Source: Trichosphaerium sp. ATCC 40318
Lineage: Eukaryota; Protista; Tubulinea
Assembly: GCA_038496445.1 (NCBI GenBank)
Contig: JALMLS010000013.1
Coordinates: forward strand, 124,001-188,000
Length of the DNA stretch: 64,000 nt
Direction: 5' to 3'
Shown: positions 12,101-24,733 of the stretch, one piece after another
How positions within the stretch are numbered: the first letter of the stretch is position 1
Layout: every line of letters begins with the position of its first letter
Notes under the pieces: model-generated
What the model saw: only the letters and a program-made list of their open reading frames with translations
The model's database searches: none
What the model was told of the DNA's origin: nothing
Translations under genes and position numbers: made by a program

Positions 12101-13906
12101 TACACTTGACTAATATAATGTCTCCGTTTTAACGATTTATTTTTAGAATATTGTTGCTGCTCTTTTGCTTTTATTCATGGATGATACTGAAGCTTTCTAT
12201 CTTTTATCAACAATATGTGAAGAACTTATACCACAGTATTACAATCGGGCAATGATTGGATCAATAGTAGATCAAGGCGTACTTACAGGTACGTTTTTTG
12301 GACATGTTTTTCGTAAAGTGCCAGTTTCTCATTTTACCCCTTTTAGATATTCTGTATAGTAAAATGCCTGAACTGGCGGACCATATCACTAAAAAAGATG
12401 TTCCATTGTCAACAGTCACAATGCCTTGGTTTTTAACGTTATACATTGGCTATATCCCCATGCAGGTACGTTATTGTCTGTTGCTTGTAATTTCGCTCAA
12501 AGCTGTTTTATTTTTTTCCTCTGCCACATTCATGTTCCTTATTCTTGTTTGTAGGCAACTCTTCGCGTTTTAGACAGATTTTTCTTTGCTGGTGCTCAAA
12601 GCCTTTTCCAAGCTGGATTGGCATTGTTGAAAATGAATGGCGACAGAATGATGGAAACAGATGATGGGTACTATTCCTTTTCTCGTCTTTATCAATTAGT
12701 CACTTACTTTGATAATCATAGATATCATATTGTTGTCATTCTTAAAGAAAACACGAGCAAGGCTGATGAAGATAGCTCAAGAGAGTTCCTTAAGGTACTT
12801 GTTTAAGAAATTGTGATTTTTCGAAATAAAAAGGCTTTACTAAGTATTCTTTAGATTGCTTTTGAAGAATTTGATGGGTTAGATTTGAAGCCGTTAGCAG
12901 ACAGAAAGTATTTACATAAAAGTCGTATTATTAAAGAGGTTGAAGCTAATTCAAAACGTGGACATCTACAGAACCTTCAGTCTACTACAAAACGTGCGCA
13001 TCTTAACTGTTCATTCCAGTTTCAAAGAATTTTTATGTACACGTGATATGTACTGGTATTGTTACCACATATTTCTATACATACACTTGTGTGTGCTCCT
13101 AGTTCTTGACTGTGAGCACGTATCACTTATAAAGAGAAAGTGCTGTTGGGTTTTTTCTTTGTGCTAATTTTTGCGTTAGTATCCGCTAAGGAGCTGACGT
13201 ACATCTATGACTACTTTTTATGGAGTCAAGATTTGCTTAATAGTGGTGAAGAAGACTTGACAGTAGATAGAGAACTATTTGATAGGCTTTTGATAAATCT
13301 ATGTCCTGCTTTAGGCGGTATGCCTGAGGTTCTTGCTAAACTGTTTAAAGTACGGTTTACTTGATTATTTCAGTCTTGTATGCTTATATGAGTATTTTAG
13401 ATGGCTGCACATGATGTTAGTCAGACTGTATCATTACATGAGTTTGCTAGATGGACGTCACCACTACTTCGTGGTACATTGAAGGAAAAGTTCAAAGGTA
13501 GTTTTTTTAAAGTAAATGTTTTGATTTCTTTGCTCCTTTGTGTGATTGCTAAATACTTCTTTCAGTTTGCTTTTTGGTATACGCTAAGGACGAATCTGAT
13601 TGTGCTACACAAGTTCAAACGTTGAATATCCTTGAGTTGCTCTTAGCGTACGTTATAAACGAAAAAAAAACCTTAGAAGTACTAATTCGTTTTTTCAGAT
13701 TTTATCAGCATGTCGAGCTTGATGTCTTTGTTTTTGTTCAAATGGTGTTTGATCGTCTTGGTGAAGCTGAGGATGGCACAGTTAGCTATAAACAACTTCA
13801 TACTGAGCTTATTATTAATGGGTTATTGCGAGAGTTGTTTCAGCTTAAAGTTAAAAGATTAAGACCACGAACAAATCGGAAAAAAAGGCTGGCTAACACC
13901 AAATGA
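9159..13906 (+). CDS. GRAM-GRAM-TBC Rab-GAP (TBC1D8/TBC1D9-like), many exons
   Basis: GRAM-like exons ([15 protein letters not shown]; [15 protein letters not shown]) and TBC motifs ([52 protein letters not shown]), plus an EF-hand-like C-terminus. Confidence 0.85.
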
Positions 13907-14378
13907 TAAAAAGAAAAGAAAGAAAAAAAAAAAGAAAAAAATGAGAATAAATGTAAATGATCTATTGTAATTTGTATTGGCATTCTTTTGTTTTAAACAG
14001 CACAACTTTGTAAGATGAGAAAAATGTTTTTCCACGTTCAATTCCATACTAAGTGTAGTAGATGTTTGTGCAAAGAAATGTGTTTCATACTTTTTTCTCT
14101 TTTCGTTTGTTGGGAATAAAACATTTGCGCTTGGTAATGGATTGGTGGAAAATGTCACCTTGTCTTGTGCATTACCTACCAAGGTCGTAATTTATCTGTT
14201 GATAGTTTAGTTTGTCAAAAGTGGTACTAGCCACATCAGCAACTTTCTGCAAATACAAGTTATTACTTCAGTCTGCAGCTGAAACAGAATGGGCATGAAT
14301 TTCAGCTTTATGTTTATTTAAGTCTAAGTACGTGATAGATGTAGAATTGTTATGCTAAGCTTGCAATTACAGAAATGT

Positions 14379-15883
14379 CTAAGGAATAAAAGACAATGAT
14401 TTTTTTAAGTAGTCCCACTTAACACCAATAGTTAGCTCTGTGTGATAATCTTCAACTGTGACTGCCATATTGTCAGAAAAAAGATGACAAAGCTCAGGTA
14501 TTAGTGCTTCAATTGCTTCCGCTGTAAATGGTGTTCTCCTAATTTCAAGGGTATGAATACCTTTGAGTGCTTTGACACCTACATTACTGATTGAGAACAC
14601 CCAATTAAGCGAATGGTATGGACCCCTGATAAAGCTTTCAAACCTTCATCAGTAACATCAGTGTATGAAAGATCAATAGTGTGAACATGTTTTAGTGCTT
14701 TGATACCTTCATCACTGATATCTTTGCACCCCATCAAAGAAATGGTGTGGATTCCTTTCAATGATTTGAGAGCTTCATCTGTAAAAAAAGCAGTGTATGA
14801 AAGATCAATACTATGCACATCTCTTAGCATTTTTATACCCTTGTCTTCTACTGTTGTGAATGAAAGAGAAATACTATGAACACCTTTGAGTGCCTGGATT
14901 CCTTTATCTGTTATATCATAACAGCTATCAAGAATAACGGTATGTGCACCTTGCAAAGCTTTTAATCCGTTATCTGTTATCTCGGTATAACTGATATCAA
15001 TACAATAAACACCCTTCATATACTCGAGCCCTTCATCAGTTACTGCTGTGGATGAAAGATTGATGCTATGAGCACCTGCTAGCGCTTTAATGCTTTCATC
15101 TGTTATTTCTTTACAGCCACTCAAAGCAATAGTGTGAGCACCTGATAAAGCCTTGACACCTTCACCTGTTACTTGTTTGCAATCACTTATGTCAATATTA
15201 TGTACACCTGCTAATAAAGAAATACCCTTATCTGTAATCAGTTCACAAGAATTTAGGTCAATAGTATGTACACCTGAAAACGCCTTCAAGCCTTCATCTG
15301 TTACATTTGTATATGATAAATCAATCTCATGTACACCTGCTAAAGTGATCAAACCTTCATCCGTTATTGATTCACAAAAGTGTAATTTAATAGTATGTAC
15401 ACCTGCCAACGCCTTCAAGCCTTCATCTGTTACATTTGTATATGATAAATCAATCTCATGTACACCTGCTAATGCCTTCAAACCTTCATCCGTTATTGAT
15501 TCGCAAGAGTGTAATTTGATAGTATGTACACCTGACAATGTCTTCAAATATTCATCTGTTACATTCATGGACGACAAGTTAATCTTATGTACACCTTTCA
15601 ATGCCTGAATAGTGTCATCTGTGATAGATTCATAACAAAACATGTTTAAAGCCGTATTCTGGAGCAACGGACTTCCAGAAAGCATTTGAACCTCGGTTTC
15701 TGTTTTAACATTGATACGACCATATCCAACATGGTTGTGAACAATATGTCGTAAATAGTGGCACGTTTGGGCTGTACGGAGTGTGTATGGCCCTTGTTTC
15801 AGAATAAGCACTATTATTTCCATTGGAAGCGCTACAAGGTCAAATTCATGCTCGCTTGTGTTGTTTGAGTCTTTTAATTCCAT
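14379..15883 (-). CDS. F-box-like + LRR protein, intronless, 1-bp frameshift near 14590
   Basis: The 434-aa ORF 14579-15883 continues in ORF 14379-14600; adding one A restores GCSQISNVGVKALKGIHTL. It contains a 129-bp internal DNA repeat. Confidence 0.8.
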
Positions 15884-16411
15884 TTTAAATTACAAATAAT
15901 CGCTTTGTAAAAACCGCTTTATATAAACGTTGAATACCCAGCGTAGGTTTTGGTGTTGAGTATTGCGACCCCAAAGTAAAAATCGCTAACTAGTTTGTCC
16001 ACGTGATTTCTTACTTTATTTGACCGCAACAGCTTCGCTGTACCAATTTTCTTGGCTTAAACTCGTTGTGGAAAGAAACGGTACTATTTCGGTCTTCCAT
16101 TGTATGAAAAGCCACTTTTTTAGTTCAAAAGACTGAAGTCATTCTTGTCTTATACTCGTAACAAAAATAATTATTGCACTACATATTTGTGATGTTATTT
16201 CTAGCGAGAGTGAGGCTGATAATAGAAAGGATAGAGCGTTGCTTAGTACCTCAATAACAAATGCTAACACATTCTTTAATTATCACGTGATAAAATGTGC
16301 CAATACACCTACTTTAGTCAAGTACAGTCACTAAGAAATTTTAGCGGGTGATCAACACGTTGGTGTTCCAACCAAAACACCTTTCACGCTTTCAATAAAG
16401 AAGGTAACACA

Positions 16412-16945
16412 ATGAACAGCACAAATACTGACACCAAATCAACTGTTTGTCATCTATTTAACCTTCCAATTGAGTTACATCTTGATATCATCGATTTAGA
16501 CACCGAAACGTATTCTATATGGCCTATACTATCAAAGCATACAGCAATAACAACGAGGTTTGATCACGACTTGAACAAACATGGTAAATGGAGAAAACAA
16601 CAAAGTGGAGTGTTTTTTTTACAACAAAATTGGGAGCATGGTTTAAGACACGGAGAGCACAAGGAGTGGTTGAGTAATGGACAAATGATAAAATATTGCT
16701 CTTATATTAACGGGGAAAAAGAAGGAGAGTCTAAATCATGGTTCTTGACTGGTCAATTACTAAAACAGTGTTTTTATGTTAAAGGTAAAAAACATGGTAA
16801 TTACAAAAAGTGGTATCTCAGGCAGCGACCACGGACCTTTTGTCAGTATGTTAATGGTAAACTTCACGGAGAATACCTATACTGGGCTAGATGGGGTAGC
16901 TTAAGGAAGCATCACTACTATGAAAGTGATATGAGAGTATGGTAG
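16412..16945 (+). CDS. F-box-like + MORN-variant repeat protein (short), intronless
   Basis: LFNLPIELHLDIIDLD...WPILSK...TRFDHDLNKHGKW followed by about 4 24-aa repeats. Confidence 0.8.
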   Translation: MNSTNTDTKSTVCHLFNLPIELHLDIIDLDTETYSIWPILSKHTAITTRFDHDLNKHGKWRKQQSGVFFLQQNWEHGLRHGEHKEWLSNGQMIKYCSYINGEKEGESKSWFLTGQLLKQCFYVKGKKHGNYKKWYLRQRPRTFCQYVNGKLHGEYLYWARWGSLRKHHYYESDMRVW

Positions 16946-17719
16946 TTGAAGGTTAGTTCAATAATAATAAACAAGCCATTGCCTTTCAGAAACATGTGCT
17001 TTAGTTTTGTATACCTTTGTACTTTCACAATGTTAACAAAGCATACAAGTCTCTTGCCACCGCTTGTACTCATCATGTATTACCATTGACATAGGAACAA
17101 AGTCAACTTCTTCATTGTCATGGTTTTAAATACGTCATCTATGAATCTACAAATCAAAGAACTCTTCCCAACCACAATCTCCTATGAGCCAGATTTTGAA
17201 CTAATAATAGCAGAATACATTGGCAAACAACTAAACATTAACCAATACTGAATCTTTGAAACAGGCGAACCGTTTAAAGACTATGTAACTGAAACAAGGC
17301 ACCTAAATTACAATAGTAAACACATCACACATACCGGATCATTCTCACAACCTAGATTCTTAACTTTGCATCTAAACGTGGCGAGTTTGCTACCTAGTAT
17401 GATGATGGTAAGAAATAGAGAAGGCGCATATTGTTTAGCCTGGCAGTTGCTTTAGTTGGGATTTGTAAGAATTTCGGCTTGCTCAACTAAGAATGCGTAG
17501 GAAGGAACGTCTTCACCAAGCACTTATTGATTGACGGATTTTCGGGTTTGGTCTTCAGGAGTAAGCATTGACCGAGAAAAAGTAGTACAATACACCCACA
17601 GTATTAGAGCCTGTATCTACTCTTGTTTATTCTTGTACAAAGAGTTTAAAGCACACCTAAGTAAGTATAAATAAGTGATCGCTTGAAAGCCACAGATAAA
17701 CTGTTTAGCAAGTTAATAA

Positions 17720-19144
17720 ATGATTTTAGGCGTAATGGAGCGAAGAACAAAGGCTGAAGCTTCACATGAACGATTTGAATACAAACCAAACCTTATTGAG
17801 CTTTTAGACATCCCACCAGAGATAATCGCTTACACACTTGAGTTTGTGGACGCTAAATCTCGATACCCTGTTTCTCAAAGCTGCAAACGACTTTTTGATA
17901 TCATTCACCATCACGTTGGCTACAAGCGAATATATGTTAAATCAGCTTCAAGTTGTTATCGTCTTTCAGGAAGTCCTCTTCTCAAAAACACCACAATAGA
18001 AATAACAAGAGAATTTCATGATGCAAAAGACAGTGATCTTGCTTCTCTGTCTGGTGTTCGCAACCTGGAACTCTATCATGCCAATCAGATAACAGACGAA
18101 GGATTGAAGTATGTTCAAGGCGCAGCTCACATTGTATTGTTTTGTTGCCCATTAATCACAGACTCTGGAATTATGATGCTTGCAAAACACTTAAAGTACA
18201 TATATATTTATCATGTTGATTGTATAACTGAACTTGGTTTGCAATCACTTGCTGGGATACAACATGTTGAAATTCACAATTGTAAAAGTGTAACAGATAA
18301 TGTCTTAAAAGCATTGTCTGGAGTACATACCATCAACCTATCTAATTGCAACAATTTTACTAACGCAGGAGTTGCAGCACTTGCTGGTGCACATGACATT
18401 AATTTGATTAGTACACCTGTTACTGATGATGGCATTAAGGCGTTAGCAGGTGTTCATACCATAGACATAAGCCTTACAAAAGTAAGTGATGAAGGTATTG
18501 CTGCTTTGGCTGGTGTTCACACAATAGCGCTATTTCGAACGTCAGTTACGGATACAGGAGTGTCAGCATTGGCTGGCGTACACAGCATAATTTTACACCA
18601 AACACAAGTAACTGATATTGGTGTGTCAGCATTGAGTGGTGTTTATTGCATCAATTTGATAGAAACAGCAGTAACAGATAAATGTATACCATCATTAGCA
18701 GGTGTACATACCATAAACTTGGATACTACAATAGTCACAGATGTGTCAGCACTGGCAGGTGTCCATACTATAAATTTGAGATACACAAAAGTAACTGATG
18801 AAGGTATTACAGCTTTAGCAGGTGTCCATACTATAAATTTGGAGCATACAGCAGTTACAGATTTAGGTGTGTCGGCTTTGGCTGGAGTACATAAGCTTGG
18901 TATTGCCTCATGTAAAGACATTACTGGTACATGTATGAAAAGTATTGCAGGTGTGCATGTGCTTGATGTTTCATCAACAAACGCAACAGCTGAATGGTTT
19001 CCGCCACTTCTTTCTGGTGGTCTTAAAGAATTATGCGTTTTATGGTGTGATAACCTCACAGATACATTTATTTGTGATCTACATATGAGCAACGTTAAAA
19101 TGATTGAGAGCGAAGATGACCAGGTGTTTCTTTTTGACTGTTGA
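17720..19144 (+). CDS. F-box + LRR protein, intronless
   Basis: LLDIPPEIIAYTLEFVD...VSQSCKRL F-box followed by about 15 LRRs in a 474-aa ORF. Confidence 0.85.
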   Translation: MILGVMERRTKAEASHERFEYKPNLIELLDIPPEIIAYTLEFVDAKSRYPVSQSCKRLFDIIHHHVGYKRIYVKSASSCYRLSGSPLLKNTTIEITREFHDAKDSDLASLSGVRNLELYHANQITDEGLKYVQGAAHIVLFCCPLITDSGIMMLAKHLKYIYIYHVDCITELGLQSLAGIQHVEIHNCKSVTDNVLKALSGVHTINLSNCNNFTNAGVAALAGAHDINLISTPVTDDGIKALAGVHTIDISLTKVSDEGIAALAGVHTIALFRTSVTDTGVSALAGVHSIILHQTQVTDIGVSALSGVYCINLIETAVTDKCIPSLAGVHTINLDTTIVTDVSALAGVHTINLRYTKVTDEGITALAGVHTINLEHTAVTDLGVSALAGVHKLGIASCKDITGTCMKSIAGVHVLDVSSTNATAEWFPPLLSGGLKELCVLWCDNLTDTFICDLHMSNVKMIESEDDQVFLFDC

Positions 19145-20227
19145 AATGTAGTATCATAAAACTGACCATATTACCTTGTCAAGCCAATTAATAAAAAACC
19201 ACTTATTTTTAGATGATTCCAAACAGCTGTGACACCAAGTGTATCTTCACAATCTAAGAGAATTCTCATTTATTCACATGATTGTCATGCAAAATCAAAG
19301 ACAATGGATTTACTGTGATAGTGGTAATCTCGTATTTGAAATGGAGATCCTAACTCTTGGCTTGTTAGTTTAATTCTGGCTGTCTCTTCTTAGGGTGTTA
19401 AGTTGTTTATGTATCCGTAAGCTTGACTGTAGTGGCGTAGCAAAGCTTCCTTTGAAGTTGGACAGTATAGAGAACGTTCACTGCAACACAAAAGGGAACA
19501 TGAAATAAGCTCACAAACGGCATTGCTAGCGAAACTTGTTGGTAGGCATTAACCTTTGTGATGGATTAGCAACATACAAGTGCGTTTAATAAAGTAACGC
19601 TAATAAATGACTCGGCCCCAATCGCGTTTTTAATAAGCTTGTGAAAGTGGATAAAAACTCATATACAAAAAGCCACGTTGCTACTTGTAACTGGTTTGTA
19701 AAACATCAGCTAAGAAATCAGAATTTTCTGCGAAATGGTCTTCTTTGTAGCCAGCTATGGCCGGTTAAACCCCAAGTTATACTATATAGTGATGGATGCT
19801 CGTGATAGTTTATTGGTATGAAAAAGCTATGATTGTAATGTGCGTACATACCTTCTGTTTCATTGATAACGCTTTGTCTTTAAAGCACCTCCTTTGATCC
19901 GTTTTATTTTGTCATTGGCCTTGTTGCTGTACATTTAGAGCAGAAACCATTTTAAGATACCTCAAGATCAATACCTATGTACAAAATTTGTTGCTCTAAT
20001 GAAGTGTAGAATGTTGCACCCTTTCATTTGACTGTCGTTTTTAGACACTTTAAAATTGTTGGAAGTAGCGAACAAAAGGGGTACAAAGAAATTGGTATCT
20101 TATCCAGCACGTGTGCTTTTCGGTATTATAAACACTTCCAAGACCAAACGTTGTTTTAAGTGAATACCAGACTTTGCTTGCGAAAATCTAAACAGCCGTT
20201 ATCTTTTATTTCATAAAGTAGCTCAGT

Positions 20228-20983
20228 ATGAAACGTATGCGTGTAGAAAGTTCCCAAGACCATTTCGCTTACCAAACGGGAGCGTCAAACCTCTTTATGA
20301 AAGAAAATCGGCCGTTTAATGTACAGAACGTTGTCCCACTCAAATCGTCAATACAAACGCATAGTTCTAACCAAAACAAGAGAAAACTCGATAACTGTTC
20401 TACTCAATTAACAAAACGACCTCGCACGCAAGAAACAAGCGCAATGGTCATCACAGAGACGGAATCCGAGGATATTATCAAGTTTAAGATCCTTAAACAG
20501 GTCGAATACTATCTATCTCCAGCACACTTCTATAACAACAAGTCAATGCAACGTAAATTCATTCAGAGCAATAACTGGTTCCCAATAGCCGCACTAGTTA
20601 AGTTTAAAGAACTTCGCGCCTTGTTAAAGTCTCTAAACGCCACAAACACTACCAGTCGCGATATTATACTGAACGTGCTCCAAATGTCCAAAAAAATCGA
20701 CATTGACGAAACGGCATCGTGCATTAGACCAAAACGTGACGTTCCATCAATGAAACGAATCAAACAGACGTATTCAGTGTATTTTAGCGTTAAACAGAGA
20801 CTACGAAAAGATCAATGGCCAACAATTGATCAACTTGGTGATTACTTTGGTTGTTCTGGACTTGTTGTTCGTATCAAGATCTCTGGACATGCTAAAGGAT
20901 ATGTAGCAAGGGTAGAGTACTCTTCTAAAGATTCTGCTGCTCGCGCAGTCAAGCGTGGGCATAAGGGCGGTAGTGTAATTTAA
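20228..20983 (+). CDS. La-motif + RRM protein (divergent La/LARP7-like), apparently intronless
   Basis: La motif ILKQVEYYLS...NNWFPIAALVKFKEL followed by an RRM with KGYVARVEYSSKDSAARAV. Confidence 0.75.
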   Translation: MKRMRVESSQDHFAYQTGASNLFMKENRPFNVQNVVPLKSSIQTHSSNQNKRKLDNCSTQLTKRPRTQETSAMVITETESEDIIKFKILKQVEYYLSPAHFYNNKSMQRKFIQSNNWFPIAALVKFKELRALLKSLNATNTTSRDIILNVLQMSKKIDIDETASCIRPKRDVPSMKRIKQTYSVYFSVKQRLRKDQWPTIDQLGDYFGCSGLVVRIKISGHAKGYVARVEYSSKDSAARAVKRGHKGGSVI

Positions 20984-21081
20984 ACAAAAAAATGTAAAAA
21001 GTAAAAAAAACTAAGAAAACTTTCAGAGTTTGTCCAACCTTTGTCATGTTATTAGCTTCCGGCTACGGTACAATAAGTTGT

Positions 21082-21348
21082 CTATTTAAAAGATTTATTG
21101 TTTTCAGTACTTGTTACAATACTAAGTAGATACATAATAAAGAAAGGAAGTACAAAAAGACAGCCTATGTAGCTCAATTTTTTTACTAAAATTGTTACAG
21201 GTGCTAAAGTCATTGGAGGAAGCGTGTGCTGTTGTAGTTGGAGGACAGTCAGGAGGCAAGATGTAGGATGTAATTTTGTAGGAGGGCTTGTAGTAGAAGT
21301 TAATGTTGTAGGAGGAAGTGTTGTTGGAGGTAAAGTTGTTGGAGGCAA
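21082..21348 (-). pseudogene. PPTT mucin-like repeat fragment
   Basis: LPPTT repeats broken by frameshifts, similar to the stalk of the 35599-37990 lectin. No complete gene was recognised. Confidence 0.3.
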
Positions 21349-21833
21349 TGTAGAGATTCCAATGCACCTCTAATGATTGTGCAGGAGTGAAGGCACTAAT
21401 TGATTACAATAAAAAAGTTGTAGATATGTAATGTACTCATGCGAAAGATGTTTCAGGGTATCCAATATTGGAAGGAGCCAGTTAAATTATGTGATGAAGA
21501 GAAAATCCTCAATAAAGTTATACAAGGTAACCTTAGTGACCATAGAAAAATGGCGTTCAATGTGTATAGGTAAAACGGTACAGAGGAGAATTACTTAATG
21601 ATAAGGTTATCCTTCTAAGAGTACATAAAATAAGTAGGAAGAAGTGCTTTAGTCATAGTAAGTATTTTCTGAATAAGTGAAGAAAGATTGTTTTTTCAGA
21701 AGTATTTTCTGTTTTTCATGAATTCCTCGGTTAGATTTCTGTTTCTGTGCAACACAGGTATTGCTGTGTGTACACAAACAGCAATTAAATGTAATATCTT
21801 CGTTGTATGCCCTAGTATGCTCACTACAGCTAT

Positions 21834-23310
21834 TTAAATTAAAGACCGTAGATTATCAATTCCAACCCATTGGAAGAACGAAACTCCTAAAAGCTGATTA
21901 TACCGAAAAGTCTGGTACACCATTACATACATGGCGGTCCACTGAGAAATACCCAGTAATACAAAAACCGGAGCTATGTTACCAACTAGATTTGACGCTA
22001 CAAGCGCTGCATTCATCACAGCAAGGAATCAATGAAAATGTTTGAACTCGCGCCTTGTTCAAGCGCTAAAAATATAAATAAGATGAAAGTCCTTTGGCAT
22101 GTTAACAGTACTGTTATCTATGTAGTAGTTATATTTTTACTCAATAAGTTACACTAGCCACGACATCTCCGGCACAGGATTTTGAACTGGAAATAAAGTG
22201 GGCGGTGGATTCGCAGGTGAATGTTGTACAGAGCTTGTAAAGGATAATTGTTTCAACCGTAAACGAGTTCTTGGAGATTTATATTCTTCTTTCTTCGATA
22301 CCGTGCTTGTTTGTCGAGTACCCGCAGCATTCTGAAGCTTATGTCTTATCCTTAAGGACCTTCTGGAGTGTCTAAATCCATGAGCATTTGCCAAAGCCTA
22401 GTACATAATTTAAAAAAAAATAATCACGTGATAGAGTACACAATAAGAAAACGAACCTCTAGTACAGGTAACACTGCTACAATATCCTCTGTTCTTCTTG
22501 TACCGATACACCAAGCTATTTTCTCCGGTCTTATTCCCCATTGGAATAAAGCTCTCAAGGCCAACCAAGTCTCCCTTGTTGACAAAGGTCCGTGACATTT
22601 AGGAAGAGGTAGCGCACTATGATCCAGCGACATCATTGCTTTGTCATGCTAAAACCAAAAATTAAGAGCGGAATACTCTGTGTGCGTAGTATCTCACCTC
22701 ATCTACAACTTGAGGTACAAATACTCCGACGGAAGCGAGATGGAAACAGTTTACTCTTCCTAGAAGAAAAATCATCAAAAGGAATACCCGGCGGTAGCTA
22801 ATACCTTTGTATTTTACTTTTTGGTAATGAGTTCTGACTTGTGACGGGTTTCGTGTATGTATCAATTCAGAGACCTCATATCGCGTAGCATTGTATTGTA
22901 AACCATCAAAACCGATTCTCCATTCACGTGGTTTCCATTGCCCTTTCAAGTACCTGTATGTCATGGTAGGGTTGTTGTACACTGTTGCCGCGGATACAGC
23001 CATCCGGACATTGAACGAGGGCTTCTATATTAGTTGTTAACTAACTCTACAGATAATCAGTTAAACTACATACCTGTTGCGTGATTATCTGTGACGTTGG
23101 GGCATTATGACAAGTGGTCATCACTGTGTTGTTTAATGAAGAGTACGTTGTTGGTGAGAATGCAGTAGTTTTGACTTTTTTTTTGTCTGTGCGTCAATTG
23201 TATGGCCTTAGAACTGAAAGTTCTGAGTTATCGCTTGTCGTATAACTAGAATTACTGTTGTTTGTAAGATTTATTTTGTTAGAAAGGATGCTTAACTGAC
23301 GACATAACAT
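21834..23310 (-). CDS. Myb/SANT (SHAQKYF-like) domain protein, multi-exon, ends approximate
   Basis: QWKPREWRIGFDGLQY...VSELIHTRNPSQVRTHYQK, plus a second Myb-like exon GPLSTRETWLALRALFQWG...IGTRRTEDIV. Confidence 0.6.
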
Positions 23311-24733
23311 GGTGTCTAAACTACTTCACAATGTGATTTGTACCATAGTTTCTGCCCTTAAAACTTTTTCGTCAGCTGTTCAATGACGTAAACACAAGTC
23401 TAAAAGGCCGTTGTATGTTATAATGATGAGTTTTAACACAAGGTTAAAGGAGTTTAGGGCGATCTTGTGCTTTTTTTTGTTAAAATGCCTTGACAATGTT
23501 GGGTACAGTGTTGTTTTATAATTATTGCCCAAATATAGGCATTACGCTAATAAAGATAATTTCTACATTGTTCACTCAGGCAAGAAACCAGTGTTTATTA
23601 ACTGCGAGTTTTTTCGGGATTGTGTAACATGAATCCTTTGTGTCACTTATTTATTTTAAGAGGTTCATAAATCAATTATTGTAACGTAAAGCTGACCCTA
23701 CAGTTCAAGTAGGTACTAAGCACAGGTGACCAGCGTAGCCACTGGCTGGATCCTAAGAGATTTTTTGTGACAAATCGTACGACTGTTTAGACTAGCGTGC
23801 AGTTTTCGATGACGCGATGTTGAAAAGGAAGAAAATAATAAAATGAACTGCGAAAAATCTTCCAATTGTTCAAACACTGTTTGCCCATCCGAGTACCAAG
23901 CGAAGTGGTTTTGAGTTCAACATTTGTTCTATTTTTTTATGCCTCTTTTCGCGATATCACTCACGTGATTTTAACTGGTTTCTAAATTCAGTGGATTTGG
24001 TTTTTAGTTTCTTTGTTGTCTACAAATTACGTGGATGTAAAAGACTTCAATGACTACCAACGAGTCAAAACTTAATCGCATTTTTGCCAGGGCCAACCCT
24101 GATTTTTCCAGGGGAACCCTTGTTAAGATGAGAAAACTAGGAAACAAAACTAAAAACCAGAAGTACCGGTTGATAAACACGTACGCGCCCGAGATAGCTC
24201 GACTAAAACGACTAAAAATTCAATGAAAATCTGTTTGCGTTCGTTTTTGTCGCTATGTAGAACGCACCTCACCGTCTTTTTTGGTAGTAAAAACCGGTCG
24301 GCAAAAAGCACGTAGTTCGGCTTTTAATAGTTACGTAAACTGGTATTGACAAAAATTAAATGTCGCGTTATCACTTCAACAAGAATGGTTTTCGAAGACC
24401 ACTTGAACTCTAGTATTTTTTATGTTGGCGGATGAAAACTGAGCTGCTTTAAACAACAAGTCTATGATCTATGCGGCCAACCTTCGCACTAATTCGTACA
24501 AGACACTAAATACCACGAATCTATTAACCCCACGTGATAATTTCGAAAACAGGCAACAAAACAAACTAAGAGGCGAACTCTGTATTTTTACATTCTGTAC
24601 AAGGTTGGGTCTATTCTAACCCACGTGTGGGTGCCAAAAAAGTCTTAACGTGAAGGTATGTTGCAAAAAAAATTGATTAGGGAGCAAAGAGGCGTTTGGC
24701 AATTCCATGTTTTTTGCGGCTTTTTTTTTCCCT

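Noticed and set aside
5914-13906. One long gene spanning the tRNA
   Set aside because: The TBC gene has its own ATG at 9159 with a TBC1D8/9-like N-terminus, so these were treated as two genes.
17000-17400. Stop-interrupted protein-like stretch (similar ones near 40250-40600, 47900-48720 and 54850-55200)
   Set aside because: No recognisable family; these may be old pseudogene debris.
23998-24159. 13-bp inverted repeat TGGTTTTTAGTTT/AAACTAAAAACCA as a possible MITE
   Set aside because: Low complexity and no convincing TSD.
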